From the NCBI RefSeq assembly GCF_009914755.1, contig NC_060928.1: 64,000 nt of DNA; one strand, 5' to 3'. This document shows positions 38,436 through 53,403 of the stretch, one piece after another. The notes beneath the pieces were generated by a model that worked only from the letters and a program-made list of their open reading frames with translations, was not told the origin of the DNA and ran no database searches. How positions within the stretch are numbered: the stretch's first letter is position 1; each line of letters begins with the position of its first letter. This stretch comes from the human T2T-CHM13v2.0 reference genome, Homo sapiens. Both the position numbers and the translations under genes were made by a program.

Positions 38436-40769
38436 GTCAGTCCAGGTAAAATAGGAAAGGGCAACTCCAAATGTTGAAGGCAACGGTGCTATGCTGACTG
38501 ACTGTACTGTTGGGCTGCATGACTTTCCACCTGCCCATGAACCAGGTCTATTTGTCTTCAAGGCTGCACCAGGCTACTAGAGCCTAGAACTCTGACATTT
38601 GAAACATAAGAGTAACTCCTCTGGTCAGGATTAAGTCTATCAGTAAGCTTTTTGATAATTTGAATTCCAACATAATTTTCTTGCAAAAAGAAAATATGTC
38701 AAACAGGCTGATGCAAATGTCCAGTTGGTTCGACATTTTATTAATATTTCCTTCTTTAACTTCATAAATTGGAATGTCTAGTTTCTCAGTCTTATTAGTT
38801 TTGTGAAGATGCCATATTGCTGAAAGATAACAAAACCAGGTTCCTAAAATTCAGGGCTGAGTGTACAAGCCCAGTTTGGTGAGAATTAGGCAAATACAAT
38901 ATCACTCATCAGGCTTCTTGCCCTGACCTGTGATATGAGGCCACATGTCACAGTGATCAATGTGGCATTAATAAGAAGCTATAAAAACCGTTCCTTTAGA
39001 GGCAGTTATTTGCTGATTGTGACCAAAATGTAGCTTTGCATTGTAATGGGTTTAAAAGCCATTTCTAGTTTTAATAGCATGCAATGCATCAAGATGCAAA
39101 AATCATCACATCACATAGATATGTCTCTATGAAGCCAAAACTACAAATAAGAAAGTGAGTAAATTTCATGAAAGAGTCAATGGAATTGAAATGTTTGGCA
39201 TTTGTTTGTCCTTTTGAAGAAGCTCAAATTTGCAAGTGGAGAAAAAGTTTTTAAAAATTTAAAATATTTTACGCAATCATTTCTTAGTGCCACAGACCCC
39301 AAAATGTATCAGACTTCAAGCCAAATAAAATTAAAAGTTACTTTTGACCATTACACTGTGTAAACCCCATGTTTTTTTTTAATCAGAAAGATGACGTATT
39401 CAGTTATAAAAATGCCAGCCTTCTATGGATAGTTTCTGCTAATATCTTGAACACAATTTTTTTTCTGTTGGTTTTCTAACTGTGTCCATTTGATTTTGCC
39501 CTTTTGGCAATTACAAATTTCTTGAAAGAGGCTGTATAAGAATGATGCCAGCCACTGACCTTATCATCAGATAGATGACTCTCACTTCTGTTCTTCCACA
39601 AATTGGGCAAGGCGAGTTATTATTTCCTTTGCAAGAGAGACTTAACCTTGTATATTACACAGGCTGCTTTCATCAGGAGAAGGCTCAGCCCTAGTTGATC
39701 TGTGGAATGCTAATGATTCATTTCATCTTTCATGGAGAACACCTCTTGCAATCACAGCTCAGATGTTTCTTGCTATTTTCTTGAAATTGCTGACTGTTAA
39801 GCATTCTGGTAGGGCTTATTGACCTAGCACCTGTGTATTTTGGGAAGTGAAAAGCAGCAGGTGAAAGGCAAATGCAATGGAGGCATATTTTAGATGGTGA
39901 CACTTGGTTCCCAAATCTTCTGATTTATAGGCCAATATCTAATGAGTGATAAAGTGGGTGATCAGGTGGGACTGTTCTGTGTTTAGAAGACTGAAATGAT
40001 GAGATTATTTCACAATGGGTATGGCTAAATGGATATTTGGTAAGCCAACATTTACAATCATATTATTAACACTTGGGACTTTTGGCTAGGACTGGATTAG
40101 CCCAGGCTGCTGAGAAAGTGCCAAGCTAGGAGTTGGCCATTCACTATCCTCCACAGCAGGCTCCCTTTTAATAACTGTATGTTTATGGTGTAGGCTAGTG
40201 TTTATTATTTGAATTCCTGTTAAACACCAATCACGTCCAGGATGAATGTTTATGTTACAAAAAGGCTGAGCCAAATCATCTCAGTTTCATTATCTGTAAA
40301 TTATGAAAATTAATAAAATAGGTAGGTGATACCATATGTAGTTATCGGGACAGAGAAGAGTGTGTAGTTTGCAGTAAATTCTGAGTAAAGTTTAACTATG
40401 ACCACAAAAATGATGATGATGAAAAAGGTGTGGATGATAAAATTACATATGTAACAAAACCTTGAAATGCTTATGTCTCTGCTGGTTTTTAATACTCAAA
40501 AACACTACCAGACTTTTTACATTAACATGTAATTCTCAAATCTTCACTAATCAGGATAATATGAAAATTTCAAAGAGTCTCAACTAGATATAATACTGCA
40601 TTGGGTTTCATGGGGATAGGCAGAGGGGGCAAAAATAACATAGCTTACCTGGCCACCTGGGTATTTAATCTAATATTAGGCTTAGAAACTTTTCTGTAAG
40701 CAGAAAATTAGGAGAGATATATACCCTGTTGAGTAATTAAAATAAACACAGGTACTACTTCAAAGAAGA

Positions 40770-42150
40770 ATTTATCCATTTAACAATTATCTACTGGGAA
40801 CAAGATTCTTGCATTCATGAAACTTACATTCTGGTGGGAGGACAATGAGAAGCTACTAAATCTATAGATACATGATATTACTTACAGAGATAAGAGATAC
40901 TGAGAAAAACAGTGTTAAGAAAATAGGTGCTGCTGGTCTAGGAGGCAGGTAGTTGTTACCTTATGTTGGGTCCTAAGGAATCACTGAGAAGAAAACATAT
41001 GAGCAGTTCATTGATGGAAGAAGGAAATGAGCCACATAGCATTGTCTGAAAAGATCATTTCAGTTAGATACAACAGCAAATACCAATGCTCTGAGGCACT
41101 TCAGATGTGGAGATAGTTTAGGGTGTTTCAGAAATGAGGAACCAGTGTGGGTGAAAATAAATGAACAAGGTTGGGAGCAATAGGAGATAATGGCGGATGG
41201 GTAGCTAGAGACAAATTTATGTAGGCTCTTTCATGAATTAAATGAGAAACCGCTGAAGGATTTTGTGCAAAGGAATGAATTTATCTAACTTGCAGTTTTA
41301 AAGACGTGCTTTGGTGCTGTGTTAGGAATAGACTATGGGGAAGAACGTAAGTACACTGGCAGGGAACGCCTTTAGAAGTCCGCCACATAAGCCTAACCAA
41401 ATGCTGGTACTTTCTTAAACCACAGTAGCAGTGGAAGTATTGGAAATGGCTAGATTCTTTTTAAAAAACACCTTATTGAGGTATTGAGGTATGATCAGCA
41501 TACAAATAGCTGTACAATTTACACAACTTGATGAGTTTGGAGATAAGTGTATACTGCTGAAACTATCATCACAGTCTATACCATAAACATATCCATCACC
41601 TCCAAAAGTTTTTTCACCCTCTAAATATAATGCTATTGTGATAAGATCACATAAGATCTATTCTCTTAGCAGAATTTTAAGTATACAATATATTTTCAAC
41701 TATAGGCACTATCTTGTATGGTAGACTCTTAGGATTTATTCACCTTGTATAATTGGAAGAGGCTTAATTCTAAATGTATTTAGAAGTCTGAGGTAAAAAT
41801 AGTTACGAATTGAATACATGATAGAAGGAAGAAATAAGTCTCAGGGGCTTTGGGAGGTGAAATTTAGAAGGATGTAACTGCCTTTGGGGAAAATGCAGGA
41901 CAAACAATTTTGGCAACAGTGGAGGTAAGAATAGGGAATCAAGAAAAGACAATGAGATGAAACACTAACCAAGAGAGAATGAGACTCTCAATACCAAATG
42001 TGGAAAATATTTCAAGCAGAAAAGTACCAAGTGTACCAACTGATGCTGTTACATCAAGAAAAGTGAAGAATGAGTTGTGACCGTTTGGTTTAGCATAAAA
42101 GTCTCTGGTCACCTTAAATGAATTAGTGTTGATAAAAGTCTCATCAGAGT
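40770..42150 (-). mobile_element. Degraded L2 fragments, interrupted by an L1M 3' end
   Basis: ttcatgaaacttacattctggtgggag and other L2 antisense motifs. Approximate. Confidence 0.5.
41458..41755 (-). mobile_element. L1MA9/L1MB-like 3' end fragment
   Basis: ttattgaggtatga...acaacttgatgagtttggagataag...aaacatatccatcacctccaaaagttt. Confidence 0.7.
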
Positions 42151-42769
42151 GGGGGACAATGCAATAATTGCTTTTCTTTTCTTGAGTACCTTTTCACAGA
42201 CACTTCAGTGTGAAAAATTTGTCACATCAAGGCCACTGAGAGAGGTCTTTGCTGTTACAGGCTCATACTGATTCTTTTTCTTGAACCATGTGGATTCCAT
42301 TAGAGTACAAAAAGCTCTCCCGGAGTCTTAGTGACTGGCAAGCATGATTGCTTTTTTTGTTCTGTTCTTCTGGTGAACTAGGCTTAGCTAGCACTTTGAC
42401 ATAATAGGAATATAATGGATTTCTTTGAATTAAACTTAATAAAGCAGTTTTGCGTGAGTACTCATTACATCTGCTGGCACTCAGTAACCTGTCCATCATT
42501 GTTTAAGCCAGGCACACACAGGTTGGAAGTTGGAAATGTGATAATAAATTTTATATCAACTGACCTAGTATTCAATATACATGAGACATCATCATCATCT
42601 CCTTTAGGAACTTGTTCTGTAATCTAACAAAATTAGTTTACATGACAAAGTCTCATAGAGCCATTTTTAAGGGTGAATTATGTTATTTTAATTATGTTAT
42701 TTTACTGTTGGCTTCTCTACACCTCTACTTGAAAGTCAGAAAGTCAGATGGCCTTTGCAAACTTAGCAG

Positions 42770-43745
42770 AAACTAAAGTAACTCCCGGTTTTCTCTGTTA
42801 AACCTGCTTCTCCTGGAGTTTCCCCGTTTTTTGCTAGTGACAACTCCATTCTTATAGGTACTAACACCAAAATATTTACATTCACTTTGAAATCCTTTCT
42901 TTCTCTTACACCCTATTTCCAATTCATCCACAAATTCTGTTTTCCTGACCTTCAAATTATATCCAAATCCATTGACTTCCAACCCACTTCCACTGCTAAT
43001 GTCCTGGCCTAAGCCACAATTAATTTTCATTAATTACAGATGACTACTACAGATGACTGCAGTAGTTTCTTCCTTCCTTTTGCCTTTCTATACTTATTCC
43101 CTACCTACATGCTATAGTCCAGAGAGCAGCCAAAGGAGTCTTTTGAATGTATATAATGATGTCCCTCCTCTAATCTGAGTCCTAAAATAGTTCTCAAGTT
43201 ATTTCAGTGTCCTACAAAAACTTACATTATTGGTCCTCCCATCCTCATTTGTATAACTTAACTTCTACTACTTTCGCTCTCATTCACTGGGTTCTGTCCA
43301 GCAGCCCTCCTTGTTCTTCCTTGGGTTTATGCATAATTGTACTGTCTTAAGACTTTTCATTGACTGTACCATCCATCTGGTAAACATTTCTCCCCAAGAT
43401 CTTCAAAATTCCCTACCTTCAAGTCCTTATGCATATTACCTTCCCTAGCATGCCTATCCTAAGCACCCATTTAAAATATAAGTGCAGATATAAAATTCAC
43501 CACAGAGAGTCCTAATGCCTCCTAGTCTAGTCTGTTTTTTTTTTTTGCTATTGTACATGACACTTGTATAGTAATGTTCTCTATAACTTACATATTTATT
43601 TATATTTTCTGTATAAAAATAATTTCTATATCCCCTTGCTAGAATATAAGCTCTATGAGATGAAAATGTCATTAAGTGAAGATTCAAAAGTACCTGGATC
43701 TGTATGGCCCATAGTAGGAGCTTACTAAATATTTGTTAAATACAC
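42770..43745 (+). mobile_element. L2 (L2a-like) 3' portion
   Basis: aaacctgcttctcct...cttcaaattatatccaaatcc...ctagaatataagctctatgag...atagtaggagcttactaaatatttgttaaat. Confidence 0.7.
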
Positions 43746-43905
43746 TGATGAACAAATTAACCATTTAAACTCAAAACAATCATATATATAAATATAGCTA
43801 CATATATATGTATACAGCTATTGCCATCGTACAGATAAAAAAATCTAGTGATAAAGAGCTTTAAAATGCCTGAATTAATATAGCTAGCAAGTGATTGGAT
43901 TTTAA

Positions 43906-45353
<1,448 letters not shown>

Positions 45354-46685
45354 AAAAAGAATTTTAGTGCTAGTTTGAGAATCAACAGTTGACTAAGCAT
45401 TCAAGTTAGTATTCTTAAGAACTATACTTTCTCCCTCCAATTGTATGTTAATATTGTGGAATAGCATTTATTTTGAGATGAACAAATATAACTTTATATG
45501 TGCAGACATAAAGGGACAGCCCTGTCATGTATTAAATTTAAGAAAAAATCAAAACCAAATTGAAGAACAAGTTCTATAGTACATCATATTTTAAAATGTA
45601 TGTGTATGTATATATGTTTATACTCATATACATTGTCCACTCCTGTATTTATTAATATACATGTATAAAACATTATCATGAAAAGTAGGACATAATACTG
45701 AAAAAGGAAAGTTTTAGGGTAATCTGTTATTCTTGAATGTTTTGCAACCAGCATTTGTTACATTCTAATTTAAATAATTTTAAAATTGACAGGTAACAAC
45801 TATAACAACAGAATCCCCATAAATACTAAACATAAGTCTATATAAAAATCAATTTTTCTTGTCCCCACTAAGTTTCATGATATCTTTGTTCACTCCAAAA
45901 CAGACACCTATCCTTGAGAATGGTAATTGGATAAGTTCATCTGGTCCTCTAGGGAAGTGAAATAGTGCAGGAATCTTTATTACTCCTTATAAATATCATT
46001 ACATTTTAATTTCAAAATGCTTTTTTCAACAAAATCCCAAAAGACCTATGGAAGATGCTGATAGTGTTTCTTTCTTTAAAATGTGATTTAGTTTTCAAAC
46101 TTAATCCCCTTGATCCTCCAACGATGGCCCTCTGAACATGACTAGTAATGTGGTATGATTTCAACAGCAAAACCAGGGGTTTCCAATAGCGGGAGAAAGC
46201 TAGGGCAGAGCATATTTGAATTCTTTATGGGACATCATTCTTTGATGAACCCTTGAGGGTACACATTTCTTATTAAGAATAAATGTTATAATATGTTAAC
46301 TGAGTAAGGAAAATTAACATTGTCCCAATTTATTCATCCTCAAATTTAGGATTAAATGTGCTTTATATAAATTATAAGTTATTATTCTTACACATCTGAG
46401 TAGAGCTAGCTTTCTGTATACACAGTAACTGATTTGTTTCCTTCAGATCATTTTCAAAATTCAAATATATCTTTTTGAATCTTTAGAAGTGGCAAACAAA
46501 GAAAAACTCAACTCTTCTGGGTTTTTTTTGCTTAAATATTTTCCTGGTGATAATTCTTCTGCACCTATTTATATTTAACATATACTGTATACATACCCAT
46601 ATCATTCTCTCTATATATAAATTTAATCACTTTATATGTACATAGCAATTTAATTGTATCACTTTTTTTCACAGTATGTCTTTTT

Positions 46686-46968
46686 TTTTTTTTTTTTTTT
46701 TTTTTGAGAGGGAGTCTCACTTTGTCATTCAGGCTGGAGTGCAGTGACACGCGATCTCCGCTCACTGCAACCTCTGCCTCCTGGGTTCAAGTGATTCTCC
46801 TGCCTCAGCCTCCTGAGTAGCTGGGTCTACAGGCATACGTCACCATGCCCAGCTAATTTTTGGATTTTTAATAGAGACGGGGTTTCACCATGTTGACCAG
46901 GATGGCCTCAATCTCTTAACCTGGTGACCTGCCTGCCCTGGCCTCCCAAAGTGCTGGGATTACAGGTG
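46686..46968 (-). mobile_element. AluSc-like, 5'-truncated by about 20 nt
   Basis: Poly-T...gattacaggtg runs straight into the TSD cagtatgtcttttt (46672-46685 and 46969-46982). Confidence 0.93.
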
Positions 46969-47834
46969 CAGTATGTCTTTTTAAAAATCATAAGCAGCAA
47001 AGTGAAAGCAGTGAGCTAACTGAAGAGGAGCAAATGTGTTATCCATAGTGCTTTCTGATATAGACAGAGGTATGGAAGAGTGAGCTTATGCTATAAGCAT
47101 CCTTCCTAGACAATGGAAAAGAGGAGGAGATAAATACACTCTGATTCAATCAAACGAAACAACATAAAAGTTGAACTGACACAGGAGTTTTCAGAGCCAT
47201 CCTATAATACCTGTTGTGATAATACCCTAAAAACTTTAAATTCTATTTTTAAATTTATATTTTCTCGTTATCACTGCTCAAAACCAGGTAATTATTTTTT
47301 CATTTAGTGTCATCAACTCTTGCCTGAATTGGCTATCTAAGAGCCTTTCAGGGCCAAGGTCATTACAATATTTCTAAACAAGAAGTAATTTCCCATGAGG
47401 TCTCCAAGGTGTTACATTTCAAACCAATACATATATTATGGTATTTGGAGCTCTTTGATTTTCATTTATGCATATCCCAGTCAGCATATGATCACAGCTG
47501 GAAAAATAAGCTTGAGTAATGGAATAAAGGAGATGCTAAAGCAATAGTTCTTAGAATGGAGGCCATTAATCTAATTGCCACGGATGAATGATTATAAGGT
47601 CCTGCAGCCCTGTTACTTGGAGCTACCTTTTAAACCACAAATATGAATATAACATTTTAAAAATATGACCAGGCTGAAGAGTGTTAAATTTACAGTTTCC
47701 GGAAGGAATATTCTGGGACTTCCAGCATCTCAAAGTGATCCCTCAAACCTTTAGCTTGTTAAGTTCAACATGCAGGATGCGGTAGATGGAGATGTTTACT
47801 CCAGTTCCTCACCTATAGAAAGAATATTATCACA

Positions 47835-47903
47835 GTCATCATCCTCTGTATCATCATCCTCATCATCATTGTCATCATCATCATCATCACTATTTTCATT
47901 ATT
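47835..47903 (+). repeat. Degenerate (TCA)n trinucleotide repeat
   Basis: gtcatcatcctctgtatcatcatcctcatcatcattgtcatcatcatcatcatca. Confidence 0.9.
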
Positions 47904-48034
47904 GTTCCTGTCTAATACTGTGTGATTTATTGAGACATTTGATGTGAAGGCTTTAGCATATACCCTGGCAGGTAGCAATCATATACTAATATTCTAAGTA
48001 AATTCTAAATATACTTAGTAAAGTAAAAATATAT

Positions 48035-48240
48035 ATTTTTGAGATCTTGGCTCTTCCAGTTGTTACTTAAAACAAAATAGTAAGAAAGTTGTATAATCTT
48101 GGTAAGTCTCAGATTTACCCTTGTAAAATGGGGATTATAGTGTCTGTTTCTAGGTCTGCAACAGTATAGGCATCAAATTTAAAAAGCTTGTATAACACTT
48201 AATAAATAACTTGACATATAGTGCAAGCTAAAATATTGAA
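48035..48240 (+). mobile_element. MIR fragment
   Basis: tcttggctct...tctcagatttacccttgtaaaatgggattatagtg core-like sequence. Confidence 0.5.
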
Positions 48241-48639
48241 TTCAACTTTAGCAATTGGAGAATATTCTCATAAAGCAGGTGGTCAAGGCTATGTACATTG
48301 AGCTTTTAAGAAGCAATCATTCTCTGTGACTAAAAGTTGGTGGATATATGTTTTTGTTCTCCCTGTTCTCCCCTTTGTCTACGTCTGACAGAATCCTGCC
48401 CTGTAAAACCATTATAGACAAGTAAATTTATCAAATTTGTATGAGAAACATCCCCTTAAACAATACATCTTAGGTGAATGTTTTAAAATCCAGTGAAGGA
48501 AGAGTCTAAGGTAATTTATATTTGTTACATTTCTATATATCTTTAGATCTTTAGTACACAACGCCCATCCTTTTTGGGTCATCCACATGTTACATTTGTG
48601 TTAAAAGAAACAATTCTCATTGAAAAGAAATAAAGTGGA

Positions 48640-48840
48640 AAAAGTAAGAACTTTGGATCCAGGATGACTCTGTTTCTAATACCTGCATTGATTGCTACTT
48701 ATAGGTGTGAGGCTTGGGCAAGTTATTTGACTTCTTAGTTTCCTCATCTATCAGAGATAGATAATGGTGCCAGTACTGTAAGGTTCTTACAAGGATTAAA
48801 TATCATGTATGTGAAATGCCTAATAGATATTCATTAAACT
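48640..48840 (+). mobile_element. MIR
   Basis: ttgggcaagttatttgacttcttagtttcctcatct...aggattaaatatcatgtatgtgaaatgcc. Confidence 0.75.
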
Positions 48841-49964
48841 GAAGCTTTCATAACTCTCTACTAGAATTTTATGCCAAATGTACCCCAGTCTCCATTTGTT
48901 ACTCATTTTTTTCCATCGACAACATTCTTTAGGAAAAATTTTTTAAGACAATTCCTTCAGAGACATTTTCAAGATGAATTTGTCATGTGATTTTCACCTT
49001 CACTCAGTTCCCTTTTTCATTCTCCCTCTAGAATGGGAGACTATGATAAATGAATGACTGGGTCTATGGCCTTGACATTAGACACCACACTTGAAGGGGG
49101 TATTTCAAAGTTTCTGCCTTCTAAACTAAATGGAGACAATATAAGCTACTTTCCTTCTACAACCATAATATCTAGGCCTTGGTATTTAGGAGTTTCTGCA
49201 TTTCAGAAACAATGGTGATATTTTTACTTCTCAGAAAGATATGAGCTCGTCCTCTCCAGGCCTTCCCTTGCTCTGGTCTACCTTGTCTTTAGGCTATTCT
49301 TTCTCTGTACCCACCCCACCCCTATCCAGAAAAGACCTTCTCTTCCTTCAGATCTAGGTTCATCTCAGAAAAAATGCTTCTTCCTTGTTTTGATTTAGAA
49401 AATTTACCTTCATATTATCTGAAGTCTCTCCTGCAGGATAATCATCACGGAGGTAATTATTTTCTTGACTTTCTCTCTGGTGAAATGTCCATTAGAGCTG
49501 GGATGAGTATTTATGTTGTTCAGTGTATCATGCCAGCATAGGCACAGTACCAGATACACCTCAATCATTTAATGAATATTTTCTGAATAAACAAAGACAG
49601 CAATGGAGAAAGGATGAGCTAGAAATGCCAGTGATGTACCTATTTCTTAGGTGTTATGTAATTCTTTTTGTTACTTTGTTTTCCTTTAATTGTGATATAG
49701 TTGCACTGGTAATTATTTTCTTGTTCTCATAAAACAAAACAAAATAATTAAAAAGCCATTCAAAATACATCCTAGTAAAATTACAACTGAAATGTAATTG
49801 AGTAAAAATAAAATTTACTTATGTAAGTCGTAGAGTTTTAGTTTTTATTCTCAAGGTCAATTTCTTAATCTCTCTGGAAATTTATTAATTTCATTAAAAG
49901 ATATAAAGAAAATGACACCTGCAAAGACCAATTTAACTACTTTTAACTCTTGTTGTCTTTTTAG

Positions 49965-50200
49965 TTCAGCCATATGCTGTGTGATTTAGGACATGTTATT
50001 TAATCTCTCTGTGTTATGGAAATATGTATAATCTATCCAAATGAATAGAAAGAAAACTGTGTGATTTGGGGCATGTTATTTAATCTCTCTGTGATGAAAT
50101 CCTTGCCTAAAAGTTAGAGAAAAATTAGAACTAAGCTCACAGAGATTTTAAGAAGCTAAAATGAGTCAATATATGTAAATCACTTAGAATATTATTATTG
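49965..50200 (+). mobile_element. MIR fragment with an internal 37-bp duplication
   Basis: ctgtgtgatttgggg catgttatttaatctctctgtg core occurs twice; ends aatatatgtaaatcacttagaa. Confidence 0.65.
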
Positions 50201-50659
50201 TTAGTTTTTTGAAAAAACTTGAACAGTATTTGGTGCTATGCCTTCTTCAATTTTTAGAGATGCCACTTGAATCATCAAAGGACAACTATCTTGTCATTTT
50301 ACCTCTCTATTTAGTAGAAACACGTATTAAATGAGTTAGCATTCACTTTTTAGTAACTAATTTGCTCAAGGTGGTTTCAATACTGCTTGTATCTAATTTT
50401 TTGAACCATAGGTAAACTTAAAACTCAACATAAGTTTTGCTCTGTATTATAGATAAAATTGAAATGATAATAAATATCAAATACTCTTATTGAGTTGATT
50501 GTTAGTTCAATAAATATTACCTCCTTCTTTACAGTGGGAATAAATTAGGCACGTAATGAGCTTTCATGAACAGTTCAGTTTTCCAAACAGCAACCCTATA
50601 GATGGAAAACTTGTTGGTATCCAAAAATCACACTGGAGTGTGGAACATTTGGAAACAAC

Positions 50660-51145
50660 AGCTGTACCACTCGGCAGGATATACCCAAAATGTTCATTCA
50701 GGGGAGTCTAATGAAGGTTTATAACACAAGATCTGTTCTTAGATATGAAGGTTGGACTTAAGGACCTAAATAGAGGCAGTGTGATGTTGGCAATTGCTTG
50801 ATAACTTCACCCCTTTTACTACTTGTTCACCTAAAGGAGCAATGCAGCATAGAAACATGAAATCTGGCAGCTGGAGTGAGCAGCAGAGGTAGAAGTTTCC
50901 TCTACATGGAGGAAAGCAATCCCTGTCCAAACTGCACCCTGGCAAAAAAGAGAGGAAAGAAAAAATTCTCGCTTTCTTTGCAGCTCATCAATTTTCTACT
51001 GCTGCCTCCAAGTTCAAACTGGGGATGGAGGAGTTAGGACGTGCGGGGTAACGAAACCCATAAATCAATCTCCCGTGGCCCAGAGCAAGGTAGTGAAGAA
51101 AGCGTAAGTGAAGCATCTGAGGGAAAATGGAGATTAGTCAGCCCA
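50660..51145. mobile_element. Old degraded LTR fragment (family unassigned)
   Basis: ggcccagagcaaggtagtgaagaaagc...catctgagggaaaatggagattagtcagc resembles ancient ERVL LTR ends. Confidence 0.3.
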
Positions 51146-52014
51146 GTGGCCTTAGGGAAAATTCGGTAATTTTAAGGTACCATCATCTTAGTCTAAATGA
51201 GTTTGGTTATTTTGTTTTGCTTACAATTAGGTTTGTATAAGCAGTCAAAATGAATAGAAAGAAAATGTATACATCTGTCATCTATCTAAGTTAATTAATT
51301 TGTATGACACACCGTTTTTGAGTAAAAATAACACAGGAATAATGTTATCTCCTGGTAAGCTGAAACTACTTGCTAATGAAACTCAATTTTTTTCTGGTCA
51401 GGTTAAGATTTTAGACATACTTGTCATATTACCCAAGGAGAACACTATTTTAGAATATTGTTTTTCCCTTGTGCTGATACATGTTTACTTCTCTGTGCTT
51501 TTGGTATTAATACAGTAGTATTTGTTACAAACATTTATATTGCGATTGTGTAGAATATTACCCTTAATTTTTCAGGATACATTTTGTATTTTATATGCAA
51601 ACCTATTCGTAATTGATTGGTGCTCAGGACTATCAGTGTTTAACTCCAGAACGTTCTAAGACATAGATAGTAAGTACCTACGTATTTTCATGGTGATCTT
51701 GCCTAATTCTAATGTACTGTAAGATAATCAAGTTCATATAATTTGTCTTTGGGATTTTGTAACAAAGCCATTTCAGATAATAAAACATAGAATTCAAATA
51801 AATTGAATATTGGCTTGCAAAATAAACTCAAGATTTGTTATCACATCACATATATTATAGATAGACATAATAAAATATTGACAGATAATAAATATCCATA
51901 TTTTACAGATATATATATATACATATATTCATCCTCGATTTTTTTCTTAAAGTAGAGATCACAGCCTAAACTTTCATGGTTGTAGAGAATGGTAAAAACG
52001 TAGCACTTTATGTG

Positions 52015-52476
52015 TGCAGTTCTCAAACATTTTTGTTTCCTTTATATTTTTAAAAATTATTGAATGCTCTAAAATGTTTTTGCTTATGTAGGTTAAATAT
52101 ATTAATATTTTTGTGTTAGAAGTTAAAATGGAAAAACAGTTAAATATTTATTTTAAAATGATAATAAATGTGCATATTAGTGTTTTAAAAATATTTCATG
52201 TTAAAATAATATTTCACAAAACAGAAACAATAAATTGAGGATAACAGTGGTATTGTTTTACATTTTTGCAAATATCTTTATTATCTAATTTGATAGTAAC
52301 AAACATGAATTTTGACATGCAGTTCTCCATTCTGTTGCAATATACTGTTTTGGTTGAAGTGTATAAAGAAAATCTGGCCTCACTCAGATAATGCAATGGA
52401 AAAATGCAGAACCTTTTGGACCTACATAAAGGCTTTTAAGGACCTTCAAAGTGTCCTGGGACCACACTCTGAGCTT
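52015..52476 (+). mobile_element. hAT-Charlie element (MER119-like)
   Basis: cagttctcaaacattttt...aaaaattattga... and ...gggaccacactctgag termini. Confidence 0.7.
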
Positions 52477-52589
52477 TAGGCCATTCCTGTCAATAGAAGT
52501 AGTCAATAGAGAACAATGATACTGGTAATGGGCTGATTCCCTACTCCCATCCTGCTGGTTCAGAAAGAACAAAAATGTTATAAAACATT

Positions 52590-52775
52590 TATGATTATTG
52601 TATCATTTAATAATCACACAGCTCTACAAGGTGGGTACAATGATGCCCAATTGATAGGTGATGAACTGGAGGCATACAGAGTAACATGTCTGAAACCACA
52701 ATTACTAAGAAAATAATCAGGGATTTGAGTCATGCCTATTTGATTCCAAAGCCCAAGCTCTTTTCACTATATCAT
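52590..52775 (-). mobile_element. MIR
   Basis: tcatttaataatcacacagctctacaaggtgggtac...gggatttgagtc...tgattccaaagcccaagctctt. Confidence 0.7.
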
Positions 52776-53069
52776 TTTAAGGGAATTTTTTTATATTATC
52801 AGCTTTTTCTGTTAGGACTACCTGAGAAGGGACAGTGTCACCTGTCAGTTGTGTTTTAACTTTAATATATGACTTTCCTTATATAATAACAAGAGTTGCA
52901 TTGCCTATATGCATTTTGTTTCATCATCATTATTGTTCGTTGTAATTTTTTAATATTACTTCAAAAGAATACTTAAAACTACACTACCTGAGTAATAACA
53001 GGTTTGTCTTTGGTGAGCACAAAGCTATTTTTATCCTTAGTTTTTTTTTTTTAAAGAAATTCTTACATA

Positions 53070-53403
53070 TAATAGTACCCCTAATCTGCAGTTTTGCTTT
53101 CCATGGTTTCAGTTGCCTGAGGTCAACTGTGGTTAAAAATATTAAATGGAAATTACAGAAATAAACAATTCAAAAGCTTTAAATTGTGTGCCATTCTGAG
53201 TAGCTGATAAAAATTTCTGTTATTGCACTCTGTCCGGCTCAGAGCATGAATCATTTCTTTTTCCAACATATCCATACTATATGCACTATCAACCCATTAA
53301 TTACTTAGTAGCACTCTCAGTTATTAGATCAAAAAAAAACAATGTATACAGGGTTTGGTACTATTTGTGGTTTCTGGCACCCACTGATAAGGGAGGACTA
53401 TTG
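53070..53403 (+). mobile_element. MER44A-like (Tigger7-derived) DNA transposon
   Basis: gttttgctttccatggtttcagtt...aatattaaatggaaattacagaaataaacaattc...ataagggaggactattg followed by TA. Confidence 0.85.

Noticed and set aside
47796-47978. Asp-rich 60-aa ORF
   Set aside because: Translation of the (TCA)n repeat.
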